A stretch of 64,000 nt of DNA from NCBI RefSeq assembly GCF_964355755.1, contig NC_092672.1, positions 19,419,237 through 19,483,236 on the forward strand. Direction: 5' to 3'. Positions 13,850-26,546 of the stretch are shown piece after piece. The position numbers and the translations under genes were made by a program. Every line of letters starts with the position of its first letter. The first letter of the stretch is position 1. Below the pieces are notes generated by a model. That model saw only the letters and a program-made list of their open reading frames with translations, was not told the origin of the DNA and made no database searches. Source of the DNA: Antedon mediterranea. Lineage: Eukaryota; Animalia; Echinodermata.

Positions 13850-14183
13850 TTGATTTTGTATTTTGTTCAACTCATCCAATGTTTCTAGTTTCAGTTTGAA
13901 TTATTATCCGCCTTTTTCTTTTTAATTTTTATATTTGTTACTATATGTTGTATTCACTGAACCACTTCAATTTGAATTTAAAGTATATTTCAGTTTAAAG
14001 AAAGAACAAATAAATAAATGTCAAATATCAATCCTCAGCAAAAAAAATAAGGACATACTATATACATAACAAAAAAGAAATTAGAATATTAAATCAATAA
14101 ATCCACATATTATATGGTACAGTTTTGACTCTTTAACACATAATGATATTATTATTAATAACTTGTATTATTACTATTATCAG

Positions 14184-14738
14184 AATTGAATGATGACGAT
14201 TACAATGAACTGCTCACTGATGTATCTACTTGGTGGAAGAAACATGGAAACATTCACATGCTGAGAGTGTTACTTAGCGAGTTCACGTATCGTGATACAA
14301 CCATTACTTTGAAAAAAATAGAGAGTGAAAATACACCATATCATCTGCTTGGTCTACTTGAGGGTCCTGGACTTCTCAAACCGGCAGACATTGGTATCCT
14401 CGTTGAAGCTACTAATATATGCGGACTTCAGGGAGTTCAAGACGTGATTGCAAAAATTGTAAAATTACCAAACTTCAAATTCATTCCATTCAAACATTTT
14501 TCTGAGCATCGAAGAAAATTGATAGCATTTGGTCAGCACTTGAATACAGAGAACATGGTAACTATTGGCCGCCTTAAAGGCATTAAGGAGGTCAACGAAG
14601 ACACAGATTCGTTTTGGTTAATCTTGAAATTGGAAATGAAAGGCACACTTGCAGAAGGAAAGGAGATGGAAAAATTCATTAAACTGCTTACAGAAAGAAA
14701 GATGATGAAAGAAGTGGAGGCATTGACAACACTAAAAG
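14184..14738 (+). CDS. Exon encoding tandem death-effector-domain-like (DED-DED) module, phase 1-1
   Basis: CAG acceptor and GTAAAA donor; two six-helix-like units YNELLTDVS...LLGLLEGPGLLKPADIGILVE and FSEHRRKLIAFGQHL...LILKLEMKGTL resembling the caspase-8/cFLIP prodomain pattern (recognised by eye). Confidence 0.7.
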
Positions 14739-14899
14739 GTAAAACAAAGCAGTATAAGCTCATTCACAAATTCAGCAGAAATAACATGTGTTTGTAGTAT
14801 AATGGTTTTAGGGAAAACAATTATGATAAAAGGTTTTTATAATGTTATATTCATCAACATGGATATTGTAATTACTGTCCTGAAATACTTTCTTTATAG

Positions 14900-14944
14900 A
14901 TGAACAATCAAGAAGTGAAGCTGGACCATCAAGTAATACAGAAA
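14900..14944 (+). CDS. 45-nt phase 1-1 microexon (DEQSRSEAGPSSNTE)
   Basis: Polypyrimidine tract plus AG, GTATGT donor, in frame with the DED exon. Confidence 0.65.
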
Positions 14945-15462
14945 GTATGTTTTTTATTTTTTTTTCACTTTAACAAAAAGTGAAAATTGTGTTACAAATT
15001 CACTTTGAGTATTGTACTTATTTAATAGCTTTGTATACGTTTTTTCGATCTAATAAGGTCACAAACTGCATTTTATGTAAAAATAAATACTATATTGGCC
15101 TATATAATGTTTTCGTCTTTAAACGGTATAGATGAGAAAAATAAGTTGTTTCTAATAATGTAAGTGGCCTGCCATACATACCAGCATGCATCGCACGCAA
15201 ATTGATATTTTTTAACCTAATCTATGGTACTTTAGTGAAAGATTTTAATGCCATTTTGCAACTTTGATTACAGTTTGGTTCTATAAAGTTGCCAAAAAGT
15301 AACACAAAATATGAAAAATACAAAATAACAAGTTAAATCTCAATATTTTATGTTGTTGATTAATTCAGAATGTCTCTTGGAAGTTTAAATAAAATGTTAT
15401 ATAGTAATAGTATTCATCAACATGGATATTTTAGCTACTGTCTTAAAATACTTTTTTTATAG

Positions 15463-15507
15463 GTAAACGATCAAGAAGTGAAGCTGGACCATAAAGCAAT
15501 GCAGAAA
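15463..15507 (+). CDS. Duplicate of the 45-nt microexon with an in-frame TAA at 15492-15494 (terminal exon or pseudoexon)
   Basis: Shares exon, donor and about 55 bp of upstream intron with 14900-14944; TCA codon changed to TAA; AATAAA follows at about 15522. Confidence 0.6.
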
Positions 15508-16078
15508 GTATGTTTTATTTCAATAAAGTTGGGTCCTAAAATTCTACTTTTTTAGACTTTTAATGCAGAATTGTAATTCCTAGTTCACATTAATATTTAT
15601 TAATTGTGAGTTACAGTTGTTATTTGATAGTATTGAGGCATTTTCTAGACTGTTTACAGTATGGTATATATATATATCTAACTCATGGGCGAAAATATCA
15701 GGGGCGGATTGCAATAAAGGTCTTAAGCCTAGTCTTAGACTTAAGCCCAAGATGAAACCCTTGGCAACCATGGTTTTAAATTTAAGACCATTGCAATATG
15801 AGTATAAGCCTAAGACTATCAACGCAGTGGTCTTAGATTCTATGGCTCTTCCAGGCATGCCTAAGCTAGCGGCGTGATGCGATCGTACAGCCGCACAATG
15901 CGAGCGCACAAGTTTAAGTACCTAGGCCAGCAATAAATATCATAGCGAATTTAAAAATTGAATTATTGTTATGGTAATTTATTTTTTAAAAAAATTTCTA
16001 TTTCTTATATTTTTCAAATTTATCATAAATTTATATATAAAACCAAAAACATAGAAATTTGTATTTACTTTGTTGTAG

Positions 16079-16252
16079 AATTATCAGCCAGCAAAAACAA
16101 CAGTATCTGGATGGTGTGATGAACATTCCCAAAGAATTCTAAACAAGATGAAAATGGTAATCAGCGAGCTCATCATCAAGAGTAGGAGACAAGATGAATG
16201 AATCCATTAAGAAACTTGATGAAAAGAAAATGATTAATGAAGTTATGCATTG
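16079..16252 (+). pseudogene. Degenerate, internally deleted copy of the DED exon
   Basis: Acceptor tag|aa tta versus cag|aa ttg; VSGWCDEH versus VSTWWKKH; IKKLDEKKMINEV versus IKLLTERKMMKEV. Confidence 0.55.
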
Positions 16253-16350
16253 ATGATTTTAGATAATTGATATTTCCATTCCCTCAATGACCCAAGTTAG
16301 ACAACACAAACCAACAGTGGTGTTGGTAGTCCATGAGTGCAGCATACCTG

Positions 16351-16594
16351 CAGTGGCGTAACGCCTATGAACGCTCACTGGCTAAACCCAGGGGCCCCTT
16401 AGCAGTGCTTAGAGAGGAAAACGGGCATTCGAATATGCCGAAAAAAAAAGCTAAAAACGAGGCATACTGTGTTGGAACTTGGAGCTTGTGGGGGCCCCTT
16501 AGCAGTGCCCAGAGGAAATATGGGCTTCAAAATATGCCAAAAAAGGCTTAAAACATCCAAGACCTCCAGCGTTGGAACCTGGGTTATGCCACTG
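16351..16594. mobile_element. hAT-type MITE
   Basis: TIRs CAGTGGCGTAAC / GTTATGCCACTG; 8-bp target duplication catacctg / cttacctg. Confidence 0.8.
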
Positions 16595-17086
16595 CTTACC
16601 TGGATAGCCCCTCTCTCTCTCCGAAGAGAGGAAAATATTACAAGAAGAACTTCAACATAAAATAACTCCACCCGGTAATGGTATAGTTCATTCAACATTG
16701 CACTCTACTGAGACACACCTACCTCAGATTGTCATCATTTCTTTTAACACCGTTGTGTGTGTACATCAACAAGAAACGAACTGAAAAAGTGGAAAAAACA
16801 AAGATAACGAAGCTAAGTGCCGTACTCTGTTATCACGCTAGTGAAATATTTGAATTAGTACAGGCTTTGCTATCAGTGATTCGTTGAAAATCGATATGTT
16901 AGGGTGTTCCCTAAAATAGAAATTAAGAGATACGTTTCAAGCCGTTATTCTAGGCTAGAAAAAGACTAACTAGAATAGAAACCGATACGTTGAGATACGT
17001 TATCCTAATGTTACACTAGGATAGAAATAGGACTTTACTTCGTTAGGTATGTGTGTTAGGATCCGTAGGATGTTATAGTATCACCA

Positions 17087-17307
17087 AGTCTGAATGTGTT
17101 AAATGTAGGGGTCCCACCTCAGTGACCCAAGTTAGATCTTATCTTATGTTCTAGTACCCACCTAGTCTGAATGTGTTAATTGTAGGGGTCCCACCTCAGT
17201 GACCCAAGTTAGATCTTATCTTATGTTCTAGTACCCACCTAGTCTGAATATGTTAATTGTAGGGGTCCCACCTCAGTGACCCAAGTTAGATCTTATCTTA
17301 TGTTCTA
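17087..17307. repeat. 77-bp tandem repeat, about 2.9 copies
   Basis: Units start at 17087, 17164 and 17241. Confidence 0.9.
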
Positions 17308-19045
17308 ATCCTTCTGCAAGACATAAGTAATTTATTTTAGACTTTCTTGATTTACAATAATAATAATAGTAGGCATAACACTCGGAGGATTTTATAGGAT
17401 TTTGATAAACCATTCACATTGGATATTCCATAAATAGAAGTTAAATCTGCTCAACCATTGGAATAGGATAATTTTGGTGGTTTCGTGAATATGCTGTCAA
17501 CTTCAGTATTGAATTATCTTATGGCCGGATCTGTCCACTTATTTGTATAAAGTTATTTGCAAGGGAAGTTGGCTCAGGTTTTTTTTCATAAAGAGAGCCA
17601 GTTGAAATTTAATTCCCCACCATGGGGGCCGGGGGGTATTATTTTGGAGAATTGTTTCAACCATTGGTATGGGAGTATTTTGTTAGAAAACATCGCTGAA
17701 CCATTTACTATTGTTAAACAACTATTTGTTAAACAATAATCTAAAATATAATTAAATATATTTTAGATTATTGTTTAACAAATAATAAATGACGTCACAT
17801 GACTACTACTGCACATCCAGCTTTTTTTGTAGTTGAACCAACCTGTAGAGTGCGCCATCTGTTTTACTCAGCTGCCAAAATCTAAGTGCCACATTCTTAA
17901 ATAGCCTAGAGCCTTTTGACATTTGATTCAAGGTGGAAGTGACAGATAAAATACCTTTGGTTTTAAACATTTAAATAAAATGTTTGATTCATAATATAAA
18001 AACAAATACACTTTGGTTGCCTACTTAAGTTTCTATTTAAAACGATGGGTTGATCAGTGCTTCCAAATAGTAATAGCATTAGTGAATAGTACTTCTTTAG
18101 AGGTAAGTCTGCCCATAGTTTTAACCAGAAACTGTCAAGGCAAAGTATATTTGTTTACTATATCCTACACTCATATATTTTTTTTCGTGCAGATTTTTTT
18201 TGTATTTACAGTTTTGTAGGGCTACACATTTATATTGTATATTTATGCATCAAGATTTTAGAATTTCCCATCTTGTCAGTATATGTTTGTCTTGGATCAC
18301 ATGGGTCATATAGTTTGGAACCAAAGTACACTCAACTACATGTTACAATAGATATATTTGTATTTTACATATTTGATTTGATTATTATGTAACTCAAGTT
18401 ACTTTCCTCCTATTATCTCAAGTCTTATTTTTGTATTTACTTTTTTGTTTATTTCATGTTTTTTTTGTATATTTGTAAATTTGATTGCTATCAATAAATA
18501 AGGATAAAATACTTTATTTTTGTAAATTAAAGTGAAACAAATTATATATTGTGAATAGATTTTGTTTATGTTTTATCATGGTTTTGTATGACATAATTAT
18601 ATAACAAAAATACAATAAATTGTAAGAAGCAATGGAAACCAAGAAATTAATTGATAGTTTTACAGTTATAAAACAATGTTTAAAAAAAAATTGTAAAAAG
18701 TTGAAATATAAATTAATTTGCAATTTGTAAATGTTATAGGTATCCACCATTTACAAGATATATTATGCAAAAATTGAGGCCTGTTATCATTATGAAAACT
18801 CACAAATAATCACATCTGATAACTGACAATATTGACAATGATTGGTTGAAATAATGTATATTTACACACTTGTATTTTTACTTGTCATTAAGTCATTCAT
18901 TCATTTTTTTATATAAATAACTTAATCATCTTTTTTTTTAAACATTATGATTTACTGTATTATATCTCTAAAAAAAAAAATTTATATATCAAATATCAGA
19001 AATTATAATGTTTTACTCAAATATGAATGAAAGAAATAAATGTTT

Positions 19046-19080
19046 ATTTGATTTGATTTGATTTGATTTGATTTGATTTG
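19046..19080 (+). repeat. (ATTTG)n microsatellite, probably a LINE tail
   Basis: Seven ATTTG units after AATAAA and an AT-rich tract. Confidence 0.75.
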
Positions 19081-20711
19081 AGTCTTCTTTACCTCAATAT
19101 ATTTCATAATTAAACAGATATGCTTGAATTCTTTGTTTGCTTATCAACTTTTAGGTCTATTTATGGGATTTATGACATGTATTTATCTATGAATAGAAGG
19201 ATGTAAAATACAAATAAACAAACATTGAAAGGGAACACAACTAAAAGATACAACACAAAGTTACTGTATATTACAAATCATTGGTGGCGCTGTTGAAAAT
19301 AACTTTATAAAACACTTGATGGCATTATAGGCGTATAATATAGCCTTTGTTGCAATTAATCTAATAATCATTGATGAATTCACTCTCCTGACACTAAAGA
19401 GAAACTGTTACATACACACTCTTAAACAATTACACGTACTATGATAATTGTGCACACAGAAGCTTTGCTGTACACATACAGACAACTTGCACATTTAGAC
19501 ACATTGATCTAATTAACAAACAAAAAAAGGCAGAACTTTCACACCCTGGTCTATCAGTGCTAAAAAGTGTGTAAAATTGTAGGAATATGGACATCTAGAT
19601 GCCTGGAAATGGCACTCTAACACTAGAACGTTTTGTGTACAATGTTTTCTTTTTAAACCTACATCTCCATCCACCTCAGCCCCAATCATGGTTGGGGCCG
19701 GCTGACTGAACACAGATTGATGCTGTTTAAAAGAATTTTTATTACAATAATCATTTTTAATTTTGTAAGGCTGACCTCAATTCCTCCCACTATACTTTAC
19801 CCCTCTGTATTACTAAAGTTTTTTTTAATCTTAGTGGGATTAAGAACCCCATCTCGCCATCTATCAAAACCCCACCTCCCACCCCCAAAATCTTTCTGTT
19901 AGCTTTTTTATTCTTTTCTTTTTTTCATCCTTTAAAAAATAGGTAGAGGAAGCTGTATATTTTCTTAATCAGCTATTGGTGGTTTATTATGCTCAATTAT
20001 TTCCTTCCTTTATTTCCTCTCTGTAGAATAATGTCGCATACATCTCTTATAAAGAAACACAATATTACAAACCATAAAGTAAACATAAATCACCCAAAAT
20101 CGATTTAAACAATGTTTTGAACAATAAACATTATATCATTAAAAATTGTTAATAATTAAAGATGTATTGTCCCTTTGACTAATTCAAAAAAAATTTTTTT
20201 TTTTTAATTTTGAAAAAAGGGGGTCATTTTGAAGTATCATAATAGTTATTAACTTTCACCAAAAATTAGTCGGAAAAAAAAATATTTTAACCGAAATGCA
20301 GATGTTTTTTTGTTCCAAAAATAACTTTGACTTCCAGTCAAAATTTTCAATCAAAACATATCTCATAATGCAACGCGCTTGTTTGGCTACTCTGTATGCA
20401 TAATCATAAAACTTCCTCGCGATCTGTGTGAAAACACCTTCTCAACCGTGACGAGTTGTAAACAATCCTAATTAGCATCATGCATAACTCATGGTTTGAA
20501 ATCTTTGTTTACGTTCGCTTGCGACGATTTCCCAGACGAAATGTAATCTAATTAATTTACCTGTTAATGACGTAAACTTGTTGTTTTTGGCTCTAAATTT
20601 CGACTTAAAGTGAATAACTTTAATATTACTTTGATATGAAAGAATTTCATTTAGCTTCGATTTTGTATAGATGACAAATTTCGTTTTTGTAAAAGCACAA
20701 GTTAACGGAGT

Positions 20712-20760
20712 ACTTACTCGAACGTTTCGATCTCTATCAGAGATCCTTCTCAACTGACTG
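20712..20760 (-). ncRNA. Penelope-associated minimal hammerhead-ribozyme-like motif (variant core)
   Basis: Minus strand TTGAGAA-g-GATCTCT-gat-AGAGATC-GAAACGTT; stem I is not convincingly paired. Confidence 0.45.
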
Positions 20761-20917
20761 CGGAGTGTTAATGCAGCTTGGTCATTCTTGACGTCATCTG
20801 TTGATGATGTCGTACGCCTCCGGTTGAAGGTTGGAGGTTGTGCGGGGCTCGGCCAGGTGATGTGTCTATCAAATCATTGTACAAATGCGAGAGTTCGTGG
20901 GCTCCAGTGTCCCGGTT

Positions 20918-21820
20918 GCGATTTTTTTTTTCGTACATAAGTTGGGGACCCCCTCATGAAACGTCATAATATAAACATGAATAATTCATCAGTTAAATTT
21001 TCTTGTTCCGTGTGCACCCAAGCGTATAGCAACAAGAAGTGATTACACAAGTGCGGTACGATGTTTAGGCCTATCTCCGCTGTTGTTGCGGCGTGCGATT
21101 TCATAGAAAAATAGCGGCGTTTTGTGTGGATTTTTGAAATAATCAGCCTTTAGTTTATGGTGTTTTCAATATAATTTATTACTAAAGAATTACGTGTTAA
21201 AATTATAGTTTCAAATTCTATTAATACTATTAGGCCTAATTATTAGTCTCTAAACCCATGTCAATTCTAGTAGTAGCTGTGTGTGTGTGTGTGTGTGTTA
21301 GGTATGACACAATCCGAGTAAGTCAGCAAAATTAAAAAATAAACATTTTACACAAAAATACATTTTTTATTCTCGTGGGTTTAATCTTTCCATCTCATGT
21401 GTTCATATACGCGCATTTTTAAAGTTCCTTTGAGTACATGCATATTGTTTGATAATAAAATAGCAGAATTAAACAAATACAGTACACAAATTATACAAAT
21501 TCTTTATTCTTGTGGGTCTAAGCTTTATTTGGGCTATGTCCAATGAATTACTACTTAGTTTAATATGTCTTGCCTAGCTGTCGATTAGCCTCGACTCGAC
21601 ACATTTTGTGTGAAGAAGAGTGCGCGAAGGCAATCACGTGAATTGACTTAGAATCCTAGGCTACACTGTAGAAAGTATCGTATCGCAGTTGTGTAAATCA
21701 CTTCTTGTTGCTATACGCTTGGGTGCACACGGAACAACAAATTTAACTGATGAATTATTCATGTTTATTTTGTGACGTTCCATGAGGGGTCCCCAACTTA
21801 TGTACGAAAAAAAAAATCGC
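20918..21820. mobile_element. Non-autonomous Mutator-like (MULE) element
   Basis: About 145-bp TIRs starting GCGATTTTTTTTTT...CGTACATAAGTTGGGGACCCC; perfect 9-bp duplication GTCCCGGTT at 20909-20917 and 21821-21829. Confidence 0.88.
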
Positions 21821-23048
21821 GTCCCGGTTCATGGTCTTCTCCTTATTTCTCCTTATATGTAATGATTCTCTAATCTGTCTGTCTTTGCGTTTAGGCTCTT
21901 TGGTTAAGATGGTAGCCTCCCAGTTTGGTTTTTGTTTTATGACATGTTCTGTAATGGCAGATTTGTGTATGATCGAAGATGTGGATGTTCTGGAGGCCCT
22001 AGTCATTACTCCCCCCGTGTTTGTTGTAACATCTTTTTTGTGATCATTAATTCGTGTTTGTAATGCCAGGGAGATGTCTTTTGATTTGTGTAGGTCTGTT
22101 ACCATGTTTGTTTAAAACAATCAGGACTGACGATGGACAGCCAGGCCCATAAATAAAATAGGAAGAGGCTTAGGCCATCCCTAGACCTAACCGCAAAATA
22201 ATCAATTAAACTCCTAAAAATCAATCTAACACTAATAAACTGAACTTAAATAATCTTTTCTATATCAGTAAAATCGTGCGTAAACTAGTCAAAGCCCTAA
22301 AAACTGGGGCCTGTCGCGTTGGCCCGATCTTGGTAGCAGGCTACTTATCCATGTGTGGTATTGGTGTAACATAGTTGACATTTCGTTGGCGATTTTCAGG
22401 TTCACGCAATGTCAAATAAAACAGTGTAGTTTTGAAAAGAATTGATGTTAGTCTTATACTAGGCCTAATACTAAATTAATTAGATTATTTTACGGAAAAT
22501 ATATTTTTATTAAAATTATAATTTTAATCGCAGAAAATAAATTTTGGGGAGTTTAATATAATTAAAAAGCCTGATTGATAACAAAATAATTTCATCATCT
22601 TTTATTTTAACCTTGTGACATGCGATCGTGTTTTGAAACTAGGGTGGGTGTTTTCCAAAGTTATTTTAAGTGCGCATATATTGCTCACCACCGGCATCTG
22701 TGCTTATTTTTTTTTAAATACTTAATAATAGATAAAATACATTTTAATATATAATAATATAAAAATAAATATTATATAATATAATTTTTATTTATATGAA
22801 TTTTATTGCGTATTTATTTTAAAATACGCAAATATGCCTCTATTATTAGTCACAAAGGACAAGGAAGCCCGGGTCAAAAACACATTCACACGTCGTCCAC
22901 GATAAACACATTTTAAATTTAAAACAAAACGTAGTAATTATTGTAATTATTAATTGGTATAGGTCACATCTTTAAAATATAACTTTCCTATTAATTATCT
23001 TCTAATGAATTATTATTAAAATACAGTATACATGTCACATGTCGCCCT

Positions 23049-23271
23049 GCTAAACTAAACTTTATGAAAGGAGCTTTGCGCTGGCGTCTGTAAACTCTCC
23101 AGAGTCAGGAGAGTTAGCCTGCTAAACTTTACATTGGAAGAATAGGGATGGAGCTTTGCATCCGCAAACTCTCCAGAGTCACGAGAGAGTTAGCCTGCTA
23201 AACTTTACATTGGGAGAATAGGAAATGGAGCTTTGCGTCCGCAAACTCTCCGGAGTCACGAGAGAGAGTTA
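23049..23271. repeat. About 75-bp tandem repeat, 3 copies
   Basis: Recurring GCTAAACTTTAC...GGAGCTTTGC...AAACTCTCCAGAGTCA...GAGAGTTA. Confidence 0.8.
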
Positions 23272-25130
23272 AGCGCCATTTACACTAGATACGATAACGA
23301 CACGATAACGACACGAATGTCGTTGTCGTGTCGTCGTCGTAACAGGTCCGCGTTTACATTCGAACGATTTGGTAACGATTGTCGTGGAGGTGATGACGTT
23401 GACCGTGATACGCTTACTACGTTACTATGCAATGTTACAAATTGATAATTTGTAATTTATACAATAATGTTGCCAATTTTTTTTTAAAGATGGAGACTTA
23501 AACTTAAAATATTAGAATTTAGGTGCTCACATATTTATAAATTAGTTTTTGATTTTCGCAAATGTTAAGTTGCCACTTTATTTTGAATTTTAATTAAAAA
23601 TACTTGAGGTCACATAATCAATTAATTAATCAATCAATCAATAATGGCGGATAGTGATTCCAGTGACGATGAGATGCTTCTCCTATATGTTGCTTATCAA
23701 CAACATAAGAAAAGAAAAAGAGAATGGGTACACGACATTTACAAACATTGAAAAACGCACGGTTCATATCAAACTTTAAATATGTAATGAATTGGCGATA
23801 TTTGGCGACAAGTTTTACGAATATTTCCGAATGACAAAAGTCCAATTCGCCGAGCTATTAGCTTACATTGATTCGGACATCGGCAAAGAAAACACTCGTT
23901 TTCGTGAAAGCATATGTGCGAAAGAAAGACTTAGTATCTGTCTAAGGTAAGGAACGTATTCTAATCTCTAATAACTTTACTAATATATACGATTAACGTA
24001 GTTATATAGTTGTAGGCTTACAGTATTATATGCCCAATGTATGGGTAGTAGTAGGCCTACTATAGTAGTAATTAAAGTTATATATTAAAATAATTAGGAA
24101 TTAGGCCTATAATTGGATATTATAATAAGTTAATTTTGAATTATTAGGTTAAAGTTTTGTATTTTCTTGTTTTTTAATTTCTCGTCTTCACACGAGTGCC
24201 ACTGATATAAAAGTGCTGTTTCCAATAAAGATTATTATTATGATTATTACTATACAGTTATGGACTGCGAATACATTGTTTTTACATTCTTCTTACAGGT
24301 TTTTAGCAACTGGAGACTCATATGGCACATTAAGTTTTGAGTACCGTGTTTCAAAGGCCTCAATCTGCTATATAATCTCTGAGGTATGCGAATCCATTTG
24401 GAACAAGGCCAACAGCCATTAAGTCGCGTGCTACAATGCATAGTGATACCGGACCGACAGACAGACCGACAGACAGACCGACAGACCGACAGACAGACAG
24501 ACAGAGAGACCGACCGACCGACATAGTGAACTATACTGACCGAAATTACTGAACATGTTTAAAAATGTTGAAATGTTTAAAAACATTTATTTTTTTTAAA
24601 TTTACACGTGCGTAGCCTGTCACTTTCGACGTGCTCGTATAACGTAATTTCGAGTTGAAAAGTAAGTCAAGAAAACAGAAATCGGGCAAAAAGAGTGCGC
24701 AATAACATTTAACGCGCAGTGCGCGCGCAAAAATATGCGCACTCATGGCAATTTTGTAAACGCTTAAAATTGCCTGAAATGTACGTTGGAACGTCGGGTA
24801 CGTTGGAACTTTCCAAATGCAATCGGGGCCATAGACGGCAAACACGTTCAGATTCAAGCACCTGCGAACAGCGGTTCAATGTATTTTAACTATAAGGGAC
24901 ACTTTTCTCTTGTGCTTATGGCAATGATAGATGCCGAATATAACTTTATCTACGTAGATGTTGGTAACTACGGTTCCAATAGTGATGGAGGTATTTTCGC
25001 ACGAAGTACCCTATGTCAAGGACTTGACAAAGGACTCCTTGGCATTCCTCAACCAAGAGAACTTCCAGGTAGCCCCGACCTGGGGAGAATACCGCTGGTA
25101 GTTGTGGGGGATGAGGCTTTTCCTCTTATA
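23272..25130 (+). mobile_element. PIF/Harbinger transposon remnant with intron-containing DDE transposase (HARBI1-like), disrupted and 3'-truncated
   Basis: FYEYFRMTKVQF...ERLSICLR, intron 23947-24298, FLATGDSYGTLSFEYRVSK, then WNFPNAIGAIDGKHV, YFNYKG, SDGGIF and GDEAFPL. Confidence 0.9.
24402..24784 (-). mobile_element. Truncated Helentron/DINE-1-like element inside the Harbinger transposase
   Basis: Reverse complement of about 50060-50432, including the GTCY microsatellite and the terminus. Confidence 0.85.
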
Positions 25131-25943
25131 AATTTACTGAAAATAAAAGGTTTCTATTCAAAATAATTATACAAATTTAACTTTATTAAAACAGATCTCT
25201 ATGATTGATATAAAATCAAGTTTTAACTCTAGGATAGTTCTACAGTTGGCGTGTTTCTCAATCATTTTCTGGCATTTCATAAAAGTTTTCATAGTTTAGT
25301 TGAAAGGAAGAAAGGAACTTTAACTAGTTGAAAGAACACAATATCACCAACTATGCATGTCTCCTGTACCACAATACCAATTCTAAACAGTACTGTAATC
25401 AAACAGTATTAAACAAATATATGGTACAACAAGAGGAAAAAAGCTGAGTACAAGCGTGGAAGAAATATATATTTCCTCCATGGTACAAGAAAGCGTGTGC
25501 AAGGAATTTTGATTGGTGCTATTTCTAGTAGCCTACTAATAATTAAGAAAACTAGTCACTGACGTACATTTTAAAGTCCCAAACAAAGGCACTTGTTATA
25601 CATTTTACACAAAAGCCGATAAGTTTTTGAAAAACGTAAGAAAATTTGTAGAAAACTAAAAACCTCAATACCAAAAAAATTCACACACTGAAAAATGGCC
25701 ATTGTTTGGAAAAAACTCCCTGATTGATTAGTCAACCTAATTAAGTACCACTTAACAAAATACAAGTTCATTTTTATTGCACATTTGAGATGTGAGGAAG
25801 AATAAATAAAAATCTAAAACACACAATTAGTGCTATTTTCAAAACAACAATTCTGGGTGGCACAATTTTATTTTTCTAATACACCCTAAACTTGTACTAA
25901 AAAAATAATGTTCTATTTCAAACTTTATAGCCTATTAAATTAA

Positions 25944-26546
25944 AGACACCTTCCCTACAATTTGTGACGTTTTGTAAAAATAATACATATATATTACTTT
26001 AAAAACATTAAACCAGGTCATTCCTTGTCTTAAATGTACGTTTTATGGTAAATTATGATAAGAAGTGATAAACAATGTCACTATCTAAGTAGCTCGCCGC
26101 AACTAACCTCTCGTGGACGGTCATTAGGCCTAGTCTAGCTAGGCTTAGTTTTGTAGGCCTAGCTGGTAAACATCGGTAACGTACGAACATCGTACACTAG
26201 CTATATACCTAGCCTGCCGTTGTATAGTTGCTGCATTAATTGTCTTTCTATTTTTGCCAGACTCCGTTGATACAAATTGGGGAAAACCCGGTATTTTCGC
26301 TGCAAAGTTAGGAGTCGGTCAAAAAGTGGGTGAATTACAGAAGAAAAACAGAAATATCAATCCGCGCGCAATGCATTTTGGGATTTATAGCGGGCCGCTA
26401 TAATTATTAGAATCGACTTATTCTTCACATTTTTAACCATTTAAAGAGGAAAAAAGTTATCGCATTAGGACCATAATAGTATTATTATTACATTAAATAT
26501 AGTTTGTGATCTTAAAATAGATCTAAAAAACGGTGGGAAGGTGTCT
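25944..26546. mobile_element. Non-autonomous TTAA-target DNA transposon (Kolobok-like)
   Basis: TTAA|AGACACCTTCCC...GGGAAGGTGTCT|TTAA; close copy at 63012-63637. Confidence 0.85.

Larger units (their letters stand above)
20690..22070 (-). mobile_element. Penelope-like retroelement 3' fragment (GIY-YIG endonuclease C-terminus), split by an insertion
   Basis: LQTRINDHKK...SAITEH...RQIRESLHI...TMNRD (ORF 21755-22105) resumes as NRDTGAHELSHLYNDLI below 20917; hammerhead-like motif downstream. Confidence 0.8.

Noticed and set aside
15580-15909. Overlapping ORFs of 86-109 aa
   Set aside because: Lie over a palindrome-rich, MITE-like repeat; no recognisable domain or splice context
24786-25166. 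Domesticated HARBI1 host gene
   Set aside because: Interrupted, truncated before the final catalytic region and degenerate at the 5' end
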